A DNA stretch of 64,000 nt from Sphaerodactylus townsendi. Taxonomy: Eukaryota. Under the pieces are notes generated by a model, which was given only the letters and a program-made list of their open reading frames with translations, did no database searches and had not been told where the DNA came from. Where the stretch lies: the NCBI RefSeq assembly GCF_021028975.2, contig NC_059432.1:28210001-28274000 (forward strand), in the 5' to 3' direction. This document shows positions 11,401-26,400 of this stretch, one piece after another. The position numbers and the translations under genes are program-made. Positions within the stretch are counted from its first letter, which is position 1. Every line of letters begins with the position of its first letter.

Positions 11401-14400
11401 TTGAGCCTAATGCAGCTGAAATATCTGCTTCTTAAATTTTGGACTTGGAGCTCTGTCTGGACTTTATATCTTCAGTCTAACATCCAGGTCAAAGAACTGA
11501 AGCCTGATTACGTATTCTAGGATAGTTGCTTAGTTTTACTATTTTTTATATTTGTCTTTTAATAAACCTTATTAATTATAGTCTTGTGATGTTCGTTATT
11601 GGGTTTTGGGGCTTCAATCTCAATCCAGTGTCTTTGCCTATTTTGGCTACAGCTACCAAGTAATTGTTCACGAAACTCAACTAGCAAGGTTCTATCTTGC
11701 AGGGCTGATTTCTTGATTAACATACGGTAGGCTGGAGACTTGGTCCCTTGGTCTCTCAGTGAGGGCTAATGTTAGCAGGGCTGGTGGAAACTCGTTACCC
11801 TGGGCACTGAGGATTCACTCCCCAGTTCTGGGCATTTTGCTCTTGATCTTCCCTCAGGTCCTTTCCACACAGCAAATGTATAATGGGTTTCATTGGGATA
11901 AAGTAACCTGATTTCCTATTTTCGCATTGACATTCATCCATGCAGGCAGCATTTGGAGTCCACAGAAACAATCTAGGTTGCTGTTGTGCCTTGCATGGAG
12001 ACACTTCTCTCTTTTTTAAATTTACTTCCCACCCATGCATAGCTACGCAGGCATGCGCAAATGAACCCCCACAGCCATGCTGATGTCTCATGATACAACC
12101 TTCTGCACCTGAATAGCTACTCAGATGTAAGTCGTGATTTTTTTTAAAGGAAAACGGAGGCGAATAAAGCGCCTCCTGCCCAGCCGATCGCTCTCAAGCA
12201 GCTGCAACCTGGGATTTTTGAAAAGGCTCACAAATAGCACGATTCTAAAAAAACCCAGTTTGGGAGAAATAACACAGGGCAGACTCCTTTTAAGGTCTAC
12301 AGGGCAGACTCATTTTAGGGGTGGGATCTGTCCGGAGTCCCCCCCCTCCCCGGTTTTTTCATTACCCTACACGCATGTTTATTGGCCCGTGTGGAGAGGC
12401 CTCTGAGTCTTCTTGTGGGACGAAGGGACTTTGACAGTGGTGAGTTCCTTCAACTTTTGGGCTGCTCAAACAGAACAGATTGCTAAAATCTTTGTCATGG
12501 AAAGGCAGATATCCATGCATATAAGTGTAAAGCTGCATTCTGAATTGTAAATGTTGCAAGAATGACTTTGGTGCCACATTTTTCTTGATTGCATGTGCAG
12601 TTGGCTCAGTTACAGAGAAATGTGTGATAAGAGGACATGTGTTGCAGTGAGGAATGCTGATTGTGTGGTTTAAAGAAACTGAGGAAAATAGTAAGAAAGC
12701 CAGCTGGATTCAGAATTGTGATTATAAGGGCAAAACCAGGAGAACCAGGAGAATCAAAACAGGAGCAGTATATCTGGTTGGGGGTCTGGGCTGGGTGGAA
12801 TGCACAGATGAGGCTGAGATTCTGGCTCTTAATCTACAACCGTGTCTAGGCAAGCCATTTCTGTCACAGCTTCCCATTGATAATTGCATAAGAAGATGGC
12901 TATAACATTTCCAGCCTGCATTCAGGGCTCTGTAATAGCTATTCGTCACTCCCTAGGAATTCTTAACAATTCAGAATTGTATACTTTATTGGATAGGGCT
13001 GAGAATCTATACGATTCATCTGCTTGTGAGTTTTGTACTGCTCTTTTTCTCTTCCACCTCATTTTTCTTTATTGTGAATTTGTATATGATTACAGGTTTA
13101 ACATTTAATGTCCATTTCTGTCCACCATGAAAAAAGCATGTATGTGTGTGACATGTATCTTATTTCATTCATTCCCCTAGATACCTTGTCACTTTTTGAT
13201 TGGCAGTTAATTTTGGTGCAGCGAAACCTTGTTACTCCTACATGCTGTCTCAAGATTCTCTTTCACTTTCTATAAAACTGTTTTTTAATATATGGGAACT
13301 ACTGTGGCTACTATGAACCTCTGAATACAATGGCAAAAAAGTGGTGTTTATGTGCTTGTCTCCTTGGAGTATGTATTTTAAAAAGTGATTATTGCATACA
13401 GTTCTTCAAGTAACTGCCAGTAAATTGGAGCAGAAGTGAGAACTGTGTCATGCATTTTTTTACTGGGAAGATGTGAAGCAAGATTTGGCTTGGCCTTGAC
13501 AGTATATTCCCTGTCAAAATTTAAATTAGACCCTTAAGATCTTTACTTTCTGCAACATATCTTTGTAAAATCAAGAGAGATCCTTTTATGGTCTACTGTT
13601 GCCCATTGTGAAAAAAGCATGTATGTGTGTGACAAGTAATTCATATTTGATACATGATTTGGGAAGTGGGATTTCTAGGCTCAACACAAAGATCCATCCT
13701 GGTGGCAAAGAATCAAATGGCATCAACCGTAGATGGCATTGATCGTAGATGGGATGAGGGGGAAAGGGGAAAGAGCAGAGTTGTCAGTAGAGTTGCGAAT
13801 GTAGGGATCATGAGTATTATGGTATGGAGAAAATTGTGCCATCACAATGTGTCCAAATATTGGAGTGACTGTAATCAAGATAATTTTTAAAGAAATAAAA
13901 TGGCTTAGAGGCATCATCTGGTGACTGTGATCAGCAGCAAAAGCGTTTGCCAGAGCTTGCCTCTCCTGGAGTGGGGGTGGGGGAGCAGAAGTTTGTTGTA
14001 CTGGATGGTTTATGAACTGTGGGAGTGAAAGCCAGCGGTCCTGTTGCAGCCACAGAACTACCTCTGTGTGTGAGAAGAATCCTGCCTGTTTGGAGGAGGG
14101 GTGCTTATCTGATTGACCCAGGAATCTAAAAGTTAATGGATAAAAGCAAACATTTTATTGTGCTACCGACAAAATAATGCACCCTAAAGCTAGACTTCAC
14201 GTTTCTCTCTTTATTGCAGGGATGGCTCTCCAGGTCAGCCTTCAGTGTTCTGCACAAGCTCAGTAGCAGCGTTGGTAGGGAGTCGAGTTTAGCGGAAAAG
14301 GTTATTTAATCATTGCTAAATCAGTTCTTGCACCCTAATCCTGTTATTTTTCAGATCTTGGAAGGATTCTAAAGTATCTTGCAGTTTGCTAAATTTATCA

Positions 14401-17400
14401 GTGCCTTGCTGTTGTTTTCATTTTACTCTTTTAAATAAATGTGGTTTTTCTGTACCTTTCTATATTTTAGAATTTAGTGATTGTCTGAAGCATAGCAAAG
14501 CTAATCTGCTTCTTATCATACGTAAGAATTTTAAAACTTGCATAGTCTAGTCTGAAAGTTTCTCTTGCCTCCAGAAAATAACCACCGTCAAGATTATTTT
14601 GCCATGCAGTCTTGCCTTCCTTCCCTGCAACATTCATTGCATCCATAGGCTGATCTTGATAAAAGTTCTCATCAAGCAGATTAAATACATTTACATGTAA
14701 TTAAAGTGGAAATGTTTATGGCAGATAAGTCAAACTCCTTGAAACCTAAAATTGTACCAACCAGCTGGGGAATGTAATTTGTAGTTTATGTTGCTCCAGG
14801 AGCTAAAAGTTCCCAAAGGGGTGTAGAATCTCTGTTTCACACATATATCTGCATAATTTTATGGATGCTGTCTTAATTTTTTTCCCCCTACTGAAGGAAG
14901 AACGGGGTTTTCCCCACAGGTTTTGCTATTGATCAAGCTGAAGCCAGTTCATACCTTATTCTCCTGTTTTGTTCACGGCTCCACAGAAGTGGTCTGCAAT
15001 GTGGTGGCCGTGGGCCCCATGGCACCCATCATCATCTTTCCTTGCACCTTCAAAGTGTTTTCAGGAAGCAGGCAGGGCCAGGTAGGGCTTTTGTCCAGCA
15101 AGGCTTTTGATTGGCCATCGGAGATCTGATTGATTGTACCAATTTTTAACTGTTGCTTTGGCAGCAACTGTCACCATTGGCACAAAGATTGCCACTGTGT
15201 GGCTGAAGGTAAATTGTAGCAGCCATTTTGTGGCTGGCTCCACCCTCTGCAGCAGCCATTTTGTGGCTGCGCCTTCCATGTTCTATCAGAATTCCAAAGG
15301 TGGAAGGCTCAAAAATGTTGGGGAGCCCTTCTGTAAGACATTAGATAGGCCTTGTTCAGGGTGGAACAGAAGGTTGCATTTTGTAATGTTGTTTGTTTGA
15401 GTCTCTTACTTGTAGTTCAGAATTTCTGTCTGAGGCATATCTTTTTAATCTTAAATTTCTGAAAATATGATAGGAAAAGTAGAGCCAGTGTGGTAGAGTG
15501 GTTAAAGTGATGATACTCAGTGTCTTAGGTGCTGAAAATGGCTCTTTGATTTGCCACTTGTGGCTCTTCAGACTGTTCTCACTGTGGTTCCTGCCACATG
15601 TCCCAGTAAAATAGGCAAGGTTCTCACAGTTTCCCGAGAGTAGGTTACTAATTATTTGTGTGTGCCGAGAGAATGTTACTAATTGGTGATTTTGCCACGT
15701 GATTTTTGCCTTAGTTGTGCCCCTCCTCTCAGCAGTAGCATGCAGAACTTGAAGCAGTGTAGCAAGAGGTGCACCAGCGTGTGTGGCAGCCTGCGCCTGC
15801 GTGCATTCGTTTCCCGCCCAAGGACCGGTGCAGCAGCTGCGTCCTTGCCACAGCCCTGCCCTGGAATGCCCTGCCCCCGGAATGCCTGGCCACGCCCCTG
15901 TCGTGCCACGCCCAGCCCCATTGGCGCTACACCACAGTTTGAATCCCACCACCACGGGAACCTGCTACTAAAATTTTTGGATCCCACCACTGGCAAGGCC
16001 ATTGCCTGGCAGAACTTGTGGTTGGCTGGTGGTTCCAGTGGTTGGCAGAGGGACTGGAAGATGGGTCAGCTGTCAGCCTCCCTGTGGGGCCCCATACTTG
16101 GGGTGGAAGTAAACATCTGTCCCCTCCAAGAAATGCCCCCAACCATGCAGCCTCTGTGTTCTCATCCCAGCACCTGGGAGGAGAGCAAATTGGCTGCATA
16201 CAAGAGAAAGCAGAGCCACAACTTCAGTGGTAGCAGTTACCTGGGAAATTATCAAGCTGGCCACAGTGGTGGTGGTGATAGTGGTGGGTTTTACTCCCTT
16301 TTCTTTGTGACCTGCTTGCTATCCTTGGACCCCCTGACAATCTCACCCTCTTGCCCAACCTTTTGGACTTTATGCTGTGGAGACAGCAAGAAGGCAAAGA
16401 GACTCTCCTCACTCCAGATGCCTGTACATGTGTAGATGTACTCTGGTAAAAATATTATAGCTACATATGTAATATTAAAGGTAAAGGTAGTTATTACCGA
16501 TGCATGGGGTGACGTCACATCACCATGTTCACTAGGCATACTTTTTTTGCTATTGCATTTCCCACTTCTCAATACTTTACCCCAGCAAGCTGGGCACTCC
16601 TTTTACTACCCTTGGAAAAATGGAAGTCTGAGTCAACTGAGCCGGCTGCTCAGGCCGTGGGCAAAACTTGGACTGCAATACTGCAGCTTCCCACTGTAAC
16701 CCTGCCCTGTATACCCTGCCTTATGCAATATTGGATTTCATATTGTTTCTCATGCTATGTGCTGCAAAATGCCAGTTTCCTTGTTTGTATGGGTGAATAG
16801 CAGAGTGTCCAAACTGAGAGCAAGCCTAAGGCAAAACAGTCTGTTTGGTTGGATTTGTGAGTTACTCCAGGCAATTATCTGGAAGCCTCATTAACTATAG
16901 ACATGATCTTGATTACCACACCTCACTGAACTACTTTGACACAATAGACACTGAAAACCTCCTTGGTATCTGATGCTATATTTCACTACACCTTTTCAGA
17001 AAATGGCTCTGCAACAAATGGTTGCTTCCTTGCATTTCCTCAACCTATTGATACAATCTCCCAAAACCAATCAATACCTTCCTAATCACAAGCCTCTGCA
17101 AAATTTGAATAACCTTAGTGGAGGCTGCAAAGAGTTACTGTGCATAAAGCCATTCTCTGCTTCCTGATTTAATCTAAGAGCAATTGACTCCCATTGTCCC
17201 GGGTACTTAGAACAATAGAAGAGCTTTTGATTAGCTCAAGCCAGCAAGACCAGTATGGGAAGTTCCAGAGAATTTAGGAAAATGAAACTTAAAACTCACT
17301 TGCTCCCGCCCCTACCTGGGCAAAAGGGTATAAAAGTACTGAGGACCCCAACTCCAGTGCTCAATACTACCCTGTACCTCTCTTGGTCTGGTTGGGTTGA

Positions 17401-20400
17401 GACACGAATTTGTCCTTTGCCTGGATTCAGATACTGGTCATTTGAATCCTTGCCTTCTTCTAGACTTTCTTCAGCTGATTTAGGTAACATATGACCCCCT
17501 GCTTCCCCAAATCCCATTCTATCTTCCCACCTATCTTTCCTCCCTGTCTATATACTAGGAACTGTGTGTATGTGCCTTGACTTCTCACTGTGTGATTGAT
17601 TGGAACCAACATTTATATAAAAATATTTAAACTGCAATTTGGTCTTTTGTGAATTCTCTGCAGATACGTTTCAAGCCATTTCTGGTATACATAGTCTAAA
17701 AAGATCCCTACCCAGCCTGCCTCTCGCATTGCTAAGCCAAATTATTTTCCCCATTGCTACTTTAAGATATTTGTGTGCTGTTACACTCTTAGCAGCTGGT
17801 GGAGATTCCTTAGAAATAAGTTCACAACCTGTGAAAGCTGGGTAACACCACTCTGCGCCTGGCTATATTTTGTATTATTGTACATGTGTGTTTGGAGTTA
17901 GCCACAGGGCATACGGTAGTCATGTGGCTCTTCTGGTTGATGGGAATTGCAATTGTAGCTCTCAGTGAGCCATGGAGTAAGTTCCACTGGGTTAGAGCAT
18001 TGGACTAGGATCTGGGAGATGCAGATTCGAATTCCCTCTTGGTCATGGTAGTTCATTGGTGACTTTGGGCCTCACTACCTAACTGGCGTTGTCATGAGGA
18101 TAACATGGAGAGAAAACCATGTAATCTGCTCTGGGTCCTCATTGGGAAGGAAGCAGAATATAACAAAATAAGTTTCTGACCCTCACTTCATTGTGTGCAT
18201 AACCTTAATTACCATTGCCTCTGTCTGGGCTAGTTACTCTGTCATCTCTCTGGGCATGAGTTCCTGAGGGTTCACTGGGGTAGCTAAACAGTGGCTCTTG
18301 GCCAGCTTAAGAAGGCTACTAACAAGGTAGTCCATAGTCTGCATTTAATCTGACGAGAGCAGTAGAAGTGTTTTCTCTTTCATCCTGGATTCAATTGTTG
18401 TGAAATCTGTTTGTACGCCTGCCTTGGTTGCAAAAGGGTGGGTTAAAAATGGAAAGAATAAATAAATAAGGGCCAGGCATGATAGAGGTCTTTGAGTGTA
18501 AAGGTGGCTGGGGTGTATGCGTCTGGGTGCATTAATTATTTTGCAGCAGTTCAGAGCTGCAGTATTGGGGGGTGGGGGGGTGTCTTATGATTACTTTGTC
18601 AAGATTTTGTTGTCGGTTTGTTTTACAACACAGAGTTCGCTGCTTTTATTACTGCTAAGTAAATACAAAAAGCTCAACAATCACTGCAAGCCATACAATC
18701 TTTTACAAGTTAAGTCAGTCACAGTAATGGTCCTTAAACTTTGAGCCCTACACTTTTAATATGTGCTAATGACTTGATAATGGACTCTTGTACTAGACTA
18801 AACTACAAAGGGAAATGTACCTTTAACGGCTGTCCTGAGTTAGCATAGTAGGGCTTATTTTTATATCTCCGTCCCATGTTCCACCCCAGTTCTGTCAATA
18901 GTTGAAACTGGAATTGGAAGGAACTCAAAGGCAAGGCTGCCCCCAATTATCAAATAGTCACTTTTCAAATAAGGTTCCATCCTTCGCTGTTCTTGGAAGA
19001 ATAACCCGTGCTCACTCCTTTGCTTTGTCCAGTTAATGATTAAAATATATCAGTTTTGCTATGCAAAAGAAAAATTATCAATTGTATAGGATCATTCTGT
19101 AATTATGTATTCAGGTCTAGCTTATAGTGATGGTGTATATCTTCCTGACTTCTTTTCAGAATTTGTTCAACATGGTCGTGGAAGTACCTCGATGGACTAA
19201 TGCTAAGATGGAGGTAATTTCTTGATGAAACTGTACTTTTTGCCTTGGCTTTCTCTTAGTGTTCTATTATGGCGAATGGTGAATTTGGTGATGTTCCCTT
19301 CATGTATTGTTCAGTTATTTTAACATTATCCCGTGAGGCAAAAAAGTGTTTCCTTTAGTTTCACTTTTCACTTGTTATTTTGCTTGGCAACTCTGGCTGG
19401 TTATGGCTTAGCACAGCAGGGCCCAGACCAGACCTTCCCTATGTTATAATATAACCCTGCTCCGTTTTGGTTCTGAGTGCTGTGGAGTTATGATACTTTA
19501 TTTAGCTTTATTAAATATTCTGCTTCACTGTCCATGTCTGCTTCCATGCAGAGGTGCATTTTTTCATCCCTGCCATGGCAGTAATGTCAGGCAGTGTAGG
19601 AATGGATGAGAATGGCCTCCACTCCCTGACTCTGCCGCTCTCCTCCTGTTGTGCTTATTCAAAGTGTAGGAAAGGTGGCAATTGCACCCCCCAGCCTTTC
19701 ACTGCACCCGAGACCCCCTGTATGCACTGTAACATTACAGTGTATCTCAGCAGGGAACAGGGGAGCCCTTTGAGGTCGGGGAGGGGGGGGGAGTGCGTGG
19801 CAGCAAAACCACCTTTTTGAAAGTGGATCTCAGCTGTGCCTCCCCCTTACTGTAGAGGCAATGAAGGGAGTATTCACATGGGATGGGCCTCTGTGGTCAC
19901 TCTAAAGATTCCCTTTTAACAAAGGGGACTCCCCCCCCCCCCGTCTGGATTAGAGGGGAAATCCCTGGAAGTGCCAGGAAACCTGATCAAAAATGAGCCC
20001 AAAGTCCTGTGGATCTTTAATCTGAGGTGTCTCTGCTTTCCATGGAGGGGAAAATACCCCTGTGGAACAGCCTAAATCCATGTGCTGGCTAGAGAAGTAG
20101 CCTTTGTGGATCAAGGTGTCAGATCTGAAATGTCTTACTTTGTCATGAAAAGAGGGGTCATTGGGTGAGCCATTCTTTCTCTCAGCCGATCCTACCATGC
20201 AGGATTGTTGTGAGGATAAAATGGACATGGGACAGCCATGTGTGTTGCTCTTTGGAGAGAAAGCTGTATAAAAAATATACTAGACAGATCAAAGAACCGA
20301 TGTCAGAAATTTCTCTGAGGCTGTAAATCCATGAATCATCTATGAAGTGTGATTCTCTGTAGAGTAAGCAGGCATTGGTTTGTGCTATAGGTTTGTTAAT

Positions 20401-23400
20401 AATAGGAAAATGATAAAGTACAAAATATTGGAGTGTTTCTCGGGGAAACAGAATCCTTCAACATTATTAAGACAGTGGCTGAGTATTTAGAGCTGCTATT
20501 CATCTGGCTATGTAATGTGACTGTTCATCTCCACTTCTTTATGAAAAGCCTCATCCTTGGATTGAGTAAATGGATTTACTTATTGATTCTTCTATGAGTG
20601 CCACACAAAGTGAATTATTTCATTTCAGATTGCGACCAAAGATCCTTTAAACCCAATTAAGCAAGATGTGAAGAAAGGAAAGCTACGTTACGTTGCTAAT
20701 GTATTTCCGCACAGGGGATATATCTGGAATTATGGTGCTATTCCACAGGTACATTAAAATACTGTTCCTGTTCTCTCTTGTTAGTTGTTGAGCATTAGTG
20801 TTTATTGTGATGCCTCTGGGAAGTGCTATATTTCAGTGCACCAAGTTAGGAAAACTAAGTTTTGTCTGTCTGATCTTTTCCTAACACTAATGAGGGGGAA
20901 ATTGTTTTCACTACACAGCTGAGTAGTTGGTAGACTCTCGGGAGAAAGGGAAGAGTGTTCTGAATGTTGTAAACAAGCAGGTTTTTTATGCTTAAGCAGA
21001 CACAGTGGCTGCAAAGAAACCCATTCTCCTAACACCTGAAGCATCTTAATTCTGTTGAGTACCTAATGCTTCTAAAAGGGAAGGCTAGATATTGACTGAA
21101 CCATCACAGGTGTCAAACTCGCGGGCCTCCAGATGTTATGGACTACAGTTCCCATCATCCCCTGCCAGCATCATGCTAGCAGGGAATGATGGGAACTGTA
21201 GTCCATAATATCTGGAGGTCTGCGAGTTTGACACCTGTGCATGATTAGAACATTAACTGAGCTCTCTCAAAAGAGAATAGGGCAGGGTCCCCAACATTCT
21301 TGAGCTTGTGGGTGCCTTTGAAATTTTGATATAGCCTGGTGGGTGCAGCCACAAAATGGTTGCCGTAAAACGGCTGTTGTGGGAAGCAAAACCAGCCACA
21401 AAAATGGCTGCCACAGTGAAGATCCTTGTGCTGCGGCAGCAGCTGCTGCCAAAGCAAGGTTTTTAAAAAATCTGCAGAGTCAGAATCCTTGCTGGATAAA
21501 AACTCCACTTGACACCACCTACTACTTTCTAAAAACTCTTGGTTGCCACCAGGAAAGGAATCTGTGGGTACTATGTTGGTGGCCCGTGGAATCAGGAAAC
21601 CTTGTCTTCTGAAACTGTGTCACACTGGATTAAATCCAACCAGTTTTTCTACTGATGGTAAAAGATGGAAAGGAGGAGACCCTCTTTGACCAGCAAAAAG
21701 TGTGTTTTTAGAGTCTCAGGGCCTGCATGGACAACGTCATGTGGCATTGGGGCTATAATAAGGAAGGGAATGGCCAAGATTGGATCCAACCAACTATGTA
21801 GCTCCAGCTTTTGAACTGTGGCCTGTTAACGGCTTCAAGCAACTTACATCCAAGATGTTTGTGCTCATTGTCTCTTATCAATCTTTGTCAGTGTTCTTGT
21901 GGGTTTCTACCTGCTGTAAGATGCTCTGATGTTTCATGTGAGGAAAACAAGACTGATGACGTTGTCAGGCACATCTTTATAACTGGTTGGCATGGTCATT
22001 TCCAACCCCTGGACATCTTTATTAGACTTCCAGACCTGTCTTCTAACATGTTCCGAGGCTTCCTAAATCCGGTTGCAAAATCTCCTCTCACTTGCCTTGC
22101 TCATGTAAATGTTGTTTTTCTGGATCCTGTGGAGAATACTTTTGACTGCTTTTAAGCTGGTAGTCTTATGAGTCCAGTTGAATTGAGCTTGCAAGGATAC
22201 TGTGAAAAATCCAATTGTGTAAAATGTTTCTGGGTTGGGAGTTTTGCCAAATATATAACAATTCTACTTCTGACCTAAAGGGAAGTTGGGTCAGTTTCTA
22301 TTAAAGCAATCAGGAATGATAGTTTCCCCTGGCAAGTGAGATCGTTATTTCCCTAGCCTTTTTTTATTCCTCCCGATTCCCTGCAAGCTGCAGCTCTTCT
22401 AAACGTACACAAATGTGTGTCTCATGCAAGTCTCTTGACCTTTCATTCACATGAGCCTGTCTATTTGTTATGCTTGTCTAGACTTCATGTGCCAAAGTAT
22501 CAAATGCTTCATGTACTTGAGGAAAAGGCCTGTCTCTTGTCTGAAATAAGTATTTCCTAGGTCCTTCTTTCTAACAAGAGAAATTGCTACTGGCAGCTGT
22601 TCTTAGTGGCTGTGAATTTGCAGCAGGAAATTTCAAAGCTACTTTAGAAGGCTTCAACTTGGTGGAGGGGTACATAAGAACAAGCCAGCTGGATCAGACC
22701 AGAGTCCATCTAGTCCAGCTCTCTGCTACTCACAGTGGCCCACCAGGTGCCTTTGGGAGCTCACATGCAGGATGTGAAAGCAGTGGCCTTCTGCGGCTGT
22801 TGCTCCCGAGCACCTGAACTGTTAAGGCATTTGCAATCTCAGATCAAAGAGGATCAAGATTGGTAGCCATAAATCGACTTCTCCTCCATAAATCTGTCCA
22901 AGCCCCTTTTAAAGCTATCCAAGTTAGTGGCCATCACCACCTCCTGTGGCAGCATATTCCAAACACCAATCACACGTTGCGTGAAGAAGTGTTTCCTTTT
23001 ATTAGTCCTAATTCTTCCCCCCAGCATTTTCAATGTATGCCCCCTGGTTCTATGTATGTTCTATGGTTCTATGTTTCAATGTATGCCCCCTGGTACATAT
23101 CAACGTAACAGCTTTCTTCTTTGATAATGTAAAATAATAGATGTTTATGCTGCTCAGTGTCAGGGATAAGGCAGCACACGTCTACTTATTTAAAACTTTG
23201 ATGTTTTCCCCCCCTTAGACGTGGGAAGATCCTGGACATAAAGATGAAAATACTGGCTGTTGTGGAGATAATGATCCCATTGATGTTTGTGAAATTGGAA
23301 ACAAGGTAACCAAGTTCTTACACTGCAGGTGTAACTCTCATTTCACTGAATGTTTCATTGAATTTGGCTTCCCAAACTGTTGGTATAAGCTTATCTTTAA

Positions 23401-26400
23401 AGTACTATAATGAAATATGATGGTAAAGTCATAACTGGTTTAGGTGGAGAGATACGCTTTTCCCCTTCACTTCCCTGTCGTGTTTGGATTGCCTCCCTGT
23501 CATTAACCTGTGAGCCAGGAAAAAAATATAGCTTTGCACAAAATGATTTGCTTGGCGACCAAAAGTATAAGCTGTATTTTGCACAAAATGGGAATTGCAA
23601 ACTGGCATCTTCCAGAGGGGACAGAATATGAGTGTGGGTGGAGGAATAGCAACATGGGAGACGAGCGTTAAGGAATAAATGACCAAACTGTGATCTGAGC
23701 TCATGAGTTCTTATTAGTGGTTGATAACTTGGTCTGTGTAGGAAGCCATAATGGAACTTTAAAGAGGTGGAGAGCTTTTCATAAGCTTCTTAAGTAAGGA
23801 TTCTTCATGTTGCTTTCATGTTTGCTGTGAATGCAGAGGCATGCGTATTGGTGACAGAGCTTATGCTTGGGTGTTTTATAACTTGTCTATTTGCTGACTC
23901 TTCCTTTGCATGCATGCCCTGCATTGGGTCTATGGTGCACAGAGCAGAGGGAAATGGATTTTTAAAGAATTTTTATAACCTCTAAACGTTTCATGTACAG
24001 AAAATAACACAAAATAATAAAGTAAAAAGATGTGTTAGTGGATGTCAAATGTTTTTTCAGTACTAATTGATGTTAATTTAAAATGTGACTTCTTTGTAAA
24101 TTTACAATACATAGTATATTTTTTTAATTTTCTCAACACTTAGATGTAATTAGATATTACACTCTGGACATGCTCTGTGAATTGCCCTATGTATATTTTT
24201 TTTCTATATAATTTTAACACATATGCTTATAATTTTGTGTTATTTTCTCTATTATCATATTCCCCCGGCCAAGCTGCACATAAAATGTGTAGGGGTTGGA
24301 AATTTATTGAAGAGTTCATTTCCCTCTGATTATTTTTTCCTTGCCTTTGTTTTGCCTTGGTGCAACCCCCTTCTTTTCTTCTTTGATACATGATCATTGC
24401 AGCTACCGTGGTGACTTGCCATTCCTTTTTAGTTCACACACATGCAGTATACCACAAGATCACCTTTCAAATAATATCTCTGCAGTTGTCTCGAACATTC
24501 TCCACCCCATCCCTTTCCAGGCCAAAAGGGACCAAAGCTGGACCAAAGGGACCAAAAAGGGGTCTTTTCCTTGATATCTCTGCAATGAAAAATGTTATAG
24601 ACATTCACATTAAAAAAAATGAAAACTGAGTTCAGAAGAACTAAAATTTGAAATGGAAATAGATATGTGGTAATAGATTGCTATAGTGCAAAAGCAATTA
24701 CTTTTTTTTAAAAGCTCACAAACACAATAACACTAGTTCCAAGTTTGATACTCATGCACCATAGTACTGGAAAACACCTTCCTGGCACAGTGTTGGTTTT
24801 CTCCCTTGCTACTCTTTCCCACGGTACTTACTCCTCTTGTCCCCTGTATGTGAGCCTCTTCTGTATATGGCTCCATTGCTTACAGTAGCCGTTTTCTGAT
24901 TGCATTCACCATCTGATGTTAGAATTCCAAGGTACCCACAAGCTCAAGAAGTTTGAGGACACCTGCTCTAGGCAGAACTGATAACCATTCAGCATGTTGC
25001 TGGACAGCTGCACATCATATGCATAGCACAGCTAAGCTTCTTTCCATTTCTTTAAGCTATTTTGGCTTATTAGACAGGGAAACTTGAGGTTTGGGAGAGT
25101 GTTCCTCCTCTAGAAGAATTGGCTTTTATACCCCGTTTTCTCTATCTTTAAGCAAAGCGCCTCACAATCACTTCCCCTTCCCTCAACAGACACATTGTCA
25201 GGCAGGTGGGGCTGAGAGAGTTCTGAGAGAACTGTGACTGGCTCAAGGTCACCCAGCAAACTCATGTGGAGGAGTGGGGAAACAAACCTGGTTCTCCAGA
25301 TCACAGTCCACTCTTAACCACTACACCATTCTGGCTTTAGGTGTGCAGCAGAGGAGAAGTAATTCAAGTGAAAGTCCTTGGTACGCTGGCATTGATTGAT
25401 GAAGGCGAGACCGACTGGAAGGTCATTGCAATCAATGTTGAAGACCCTGAAGCTGCAAGTTATGACAGTGAGTATCCCAGAAGCAAGGAGAGGGAGTCTT
25501 TTGTGTTTTGCTTTCACCCCTTATAAACAAAAAAGCCCTTTAAATGCTCACTGTGGCAGGCTGAGGACTTTGTCCAGAGCAACGCGGGTGTGATGCTTGT
25601 TTAACGAGAGCAGCATATTTTATGTCACAGGCTGTTATCACTGCCGGACCCCAAATCTTATGGGAAGGGGATAATGGTAATCTTTCTCCTCCTGAATTTG
25701 CATGCATAAAGAAGGTGTAAGAAAATCTGTGGAATCCCCATCACATGAACCAGATCAGATTTGGAGGACTTGAGCCAACTGTTGTAGTCACTGAATCTGA
25801 GGTTTCATATCCCAGAAAAGAGATCCCAGATCTGGGTTGTCTGCTGCAAGAGCAGGCATTATCTGGAGACCCTTCTAGACAGAGGCTAATCAAAGATGTT
25901 TTTGGTACTGTAAGCTATAGAAACTTCTGTACCTAGACCCAACCCCATTCACTTGGCACTGGGAGGACTTCCAAGTCAGTGTCCATACATACAGCACCAC
26001 CTTTGTAAGAAGCAGCTTATTTTAAAATTATCCTTTGCTGGGTGTACTTGCTTCTTGGGTTTCTATCCTTCAAGAATTATTGATATGGACAGCATGTGGC
26101 TAGATGCCTTAAACTGGATCACTATCGTGTGGACAATTTGTGGTGATCAAGTGGGACTGTCACCCTCAGCAACTGCTGAGAAATCAGAATACCGGTACTA
26201 CTATAGATTTGTACATTTTGGGACTCTGTGATTATTTTTTAAATACTACCAGTAGTGCTTCAGAAGTTCTGCAAAGTTGTCTGTCCTCTTAAACACCTCC
26301 CAAGTTGCTATATGAATGGAACTGTGAATTTCTGAAGGGTGGGTTACAAAGTGAGATATTAAGAAACATACTTTTTTTGGTGGGGAGAGAATGCATTTGA

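Noticed and set aside
15356-16435. 199-aa and 250-aa ORFs in PPA1 intron 2
   Set aside because: They overlap a GC-rich non-autonomous transposon, have no recognisable domain and show no supporting splice structure.
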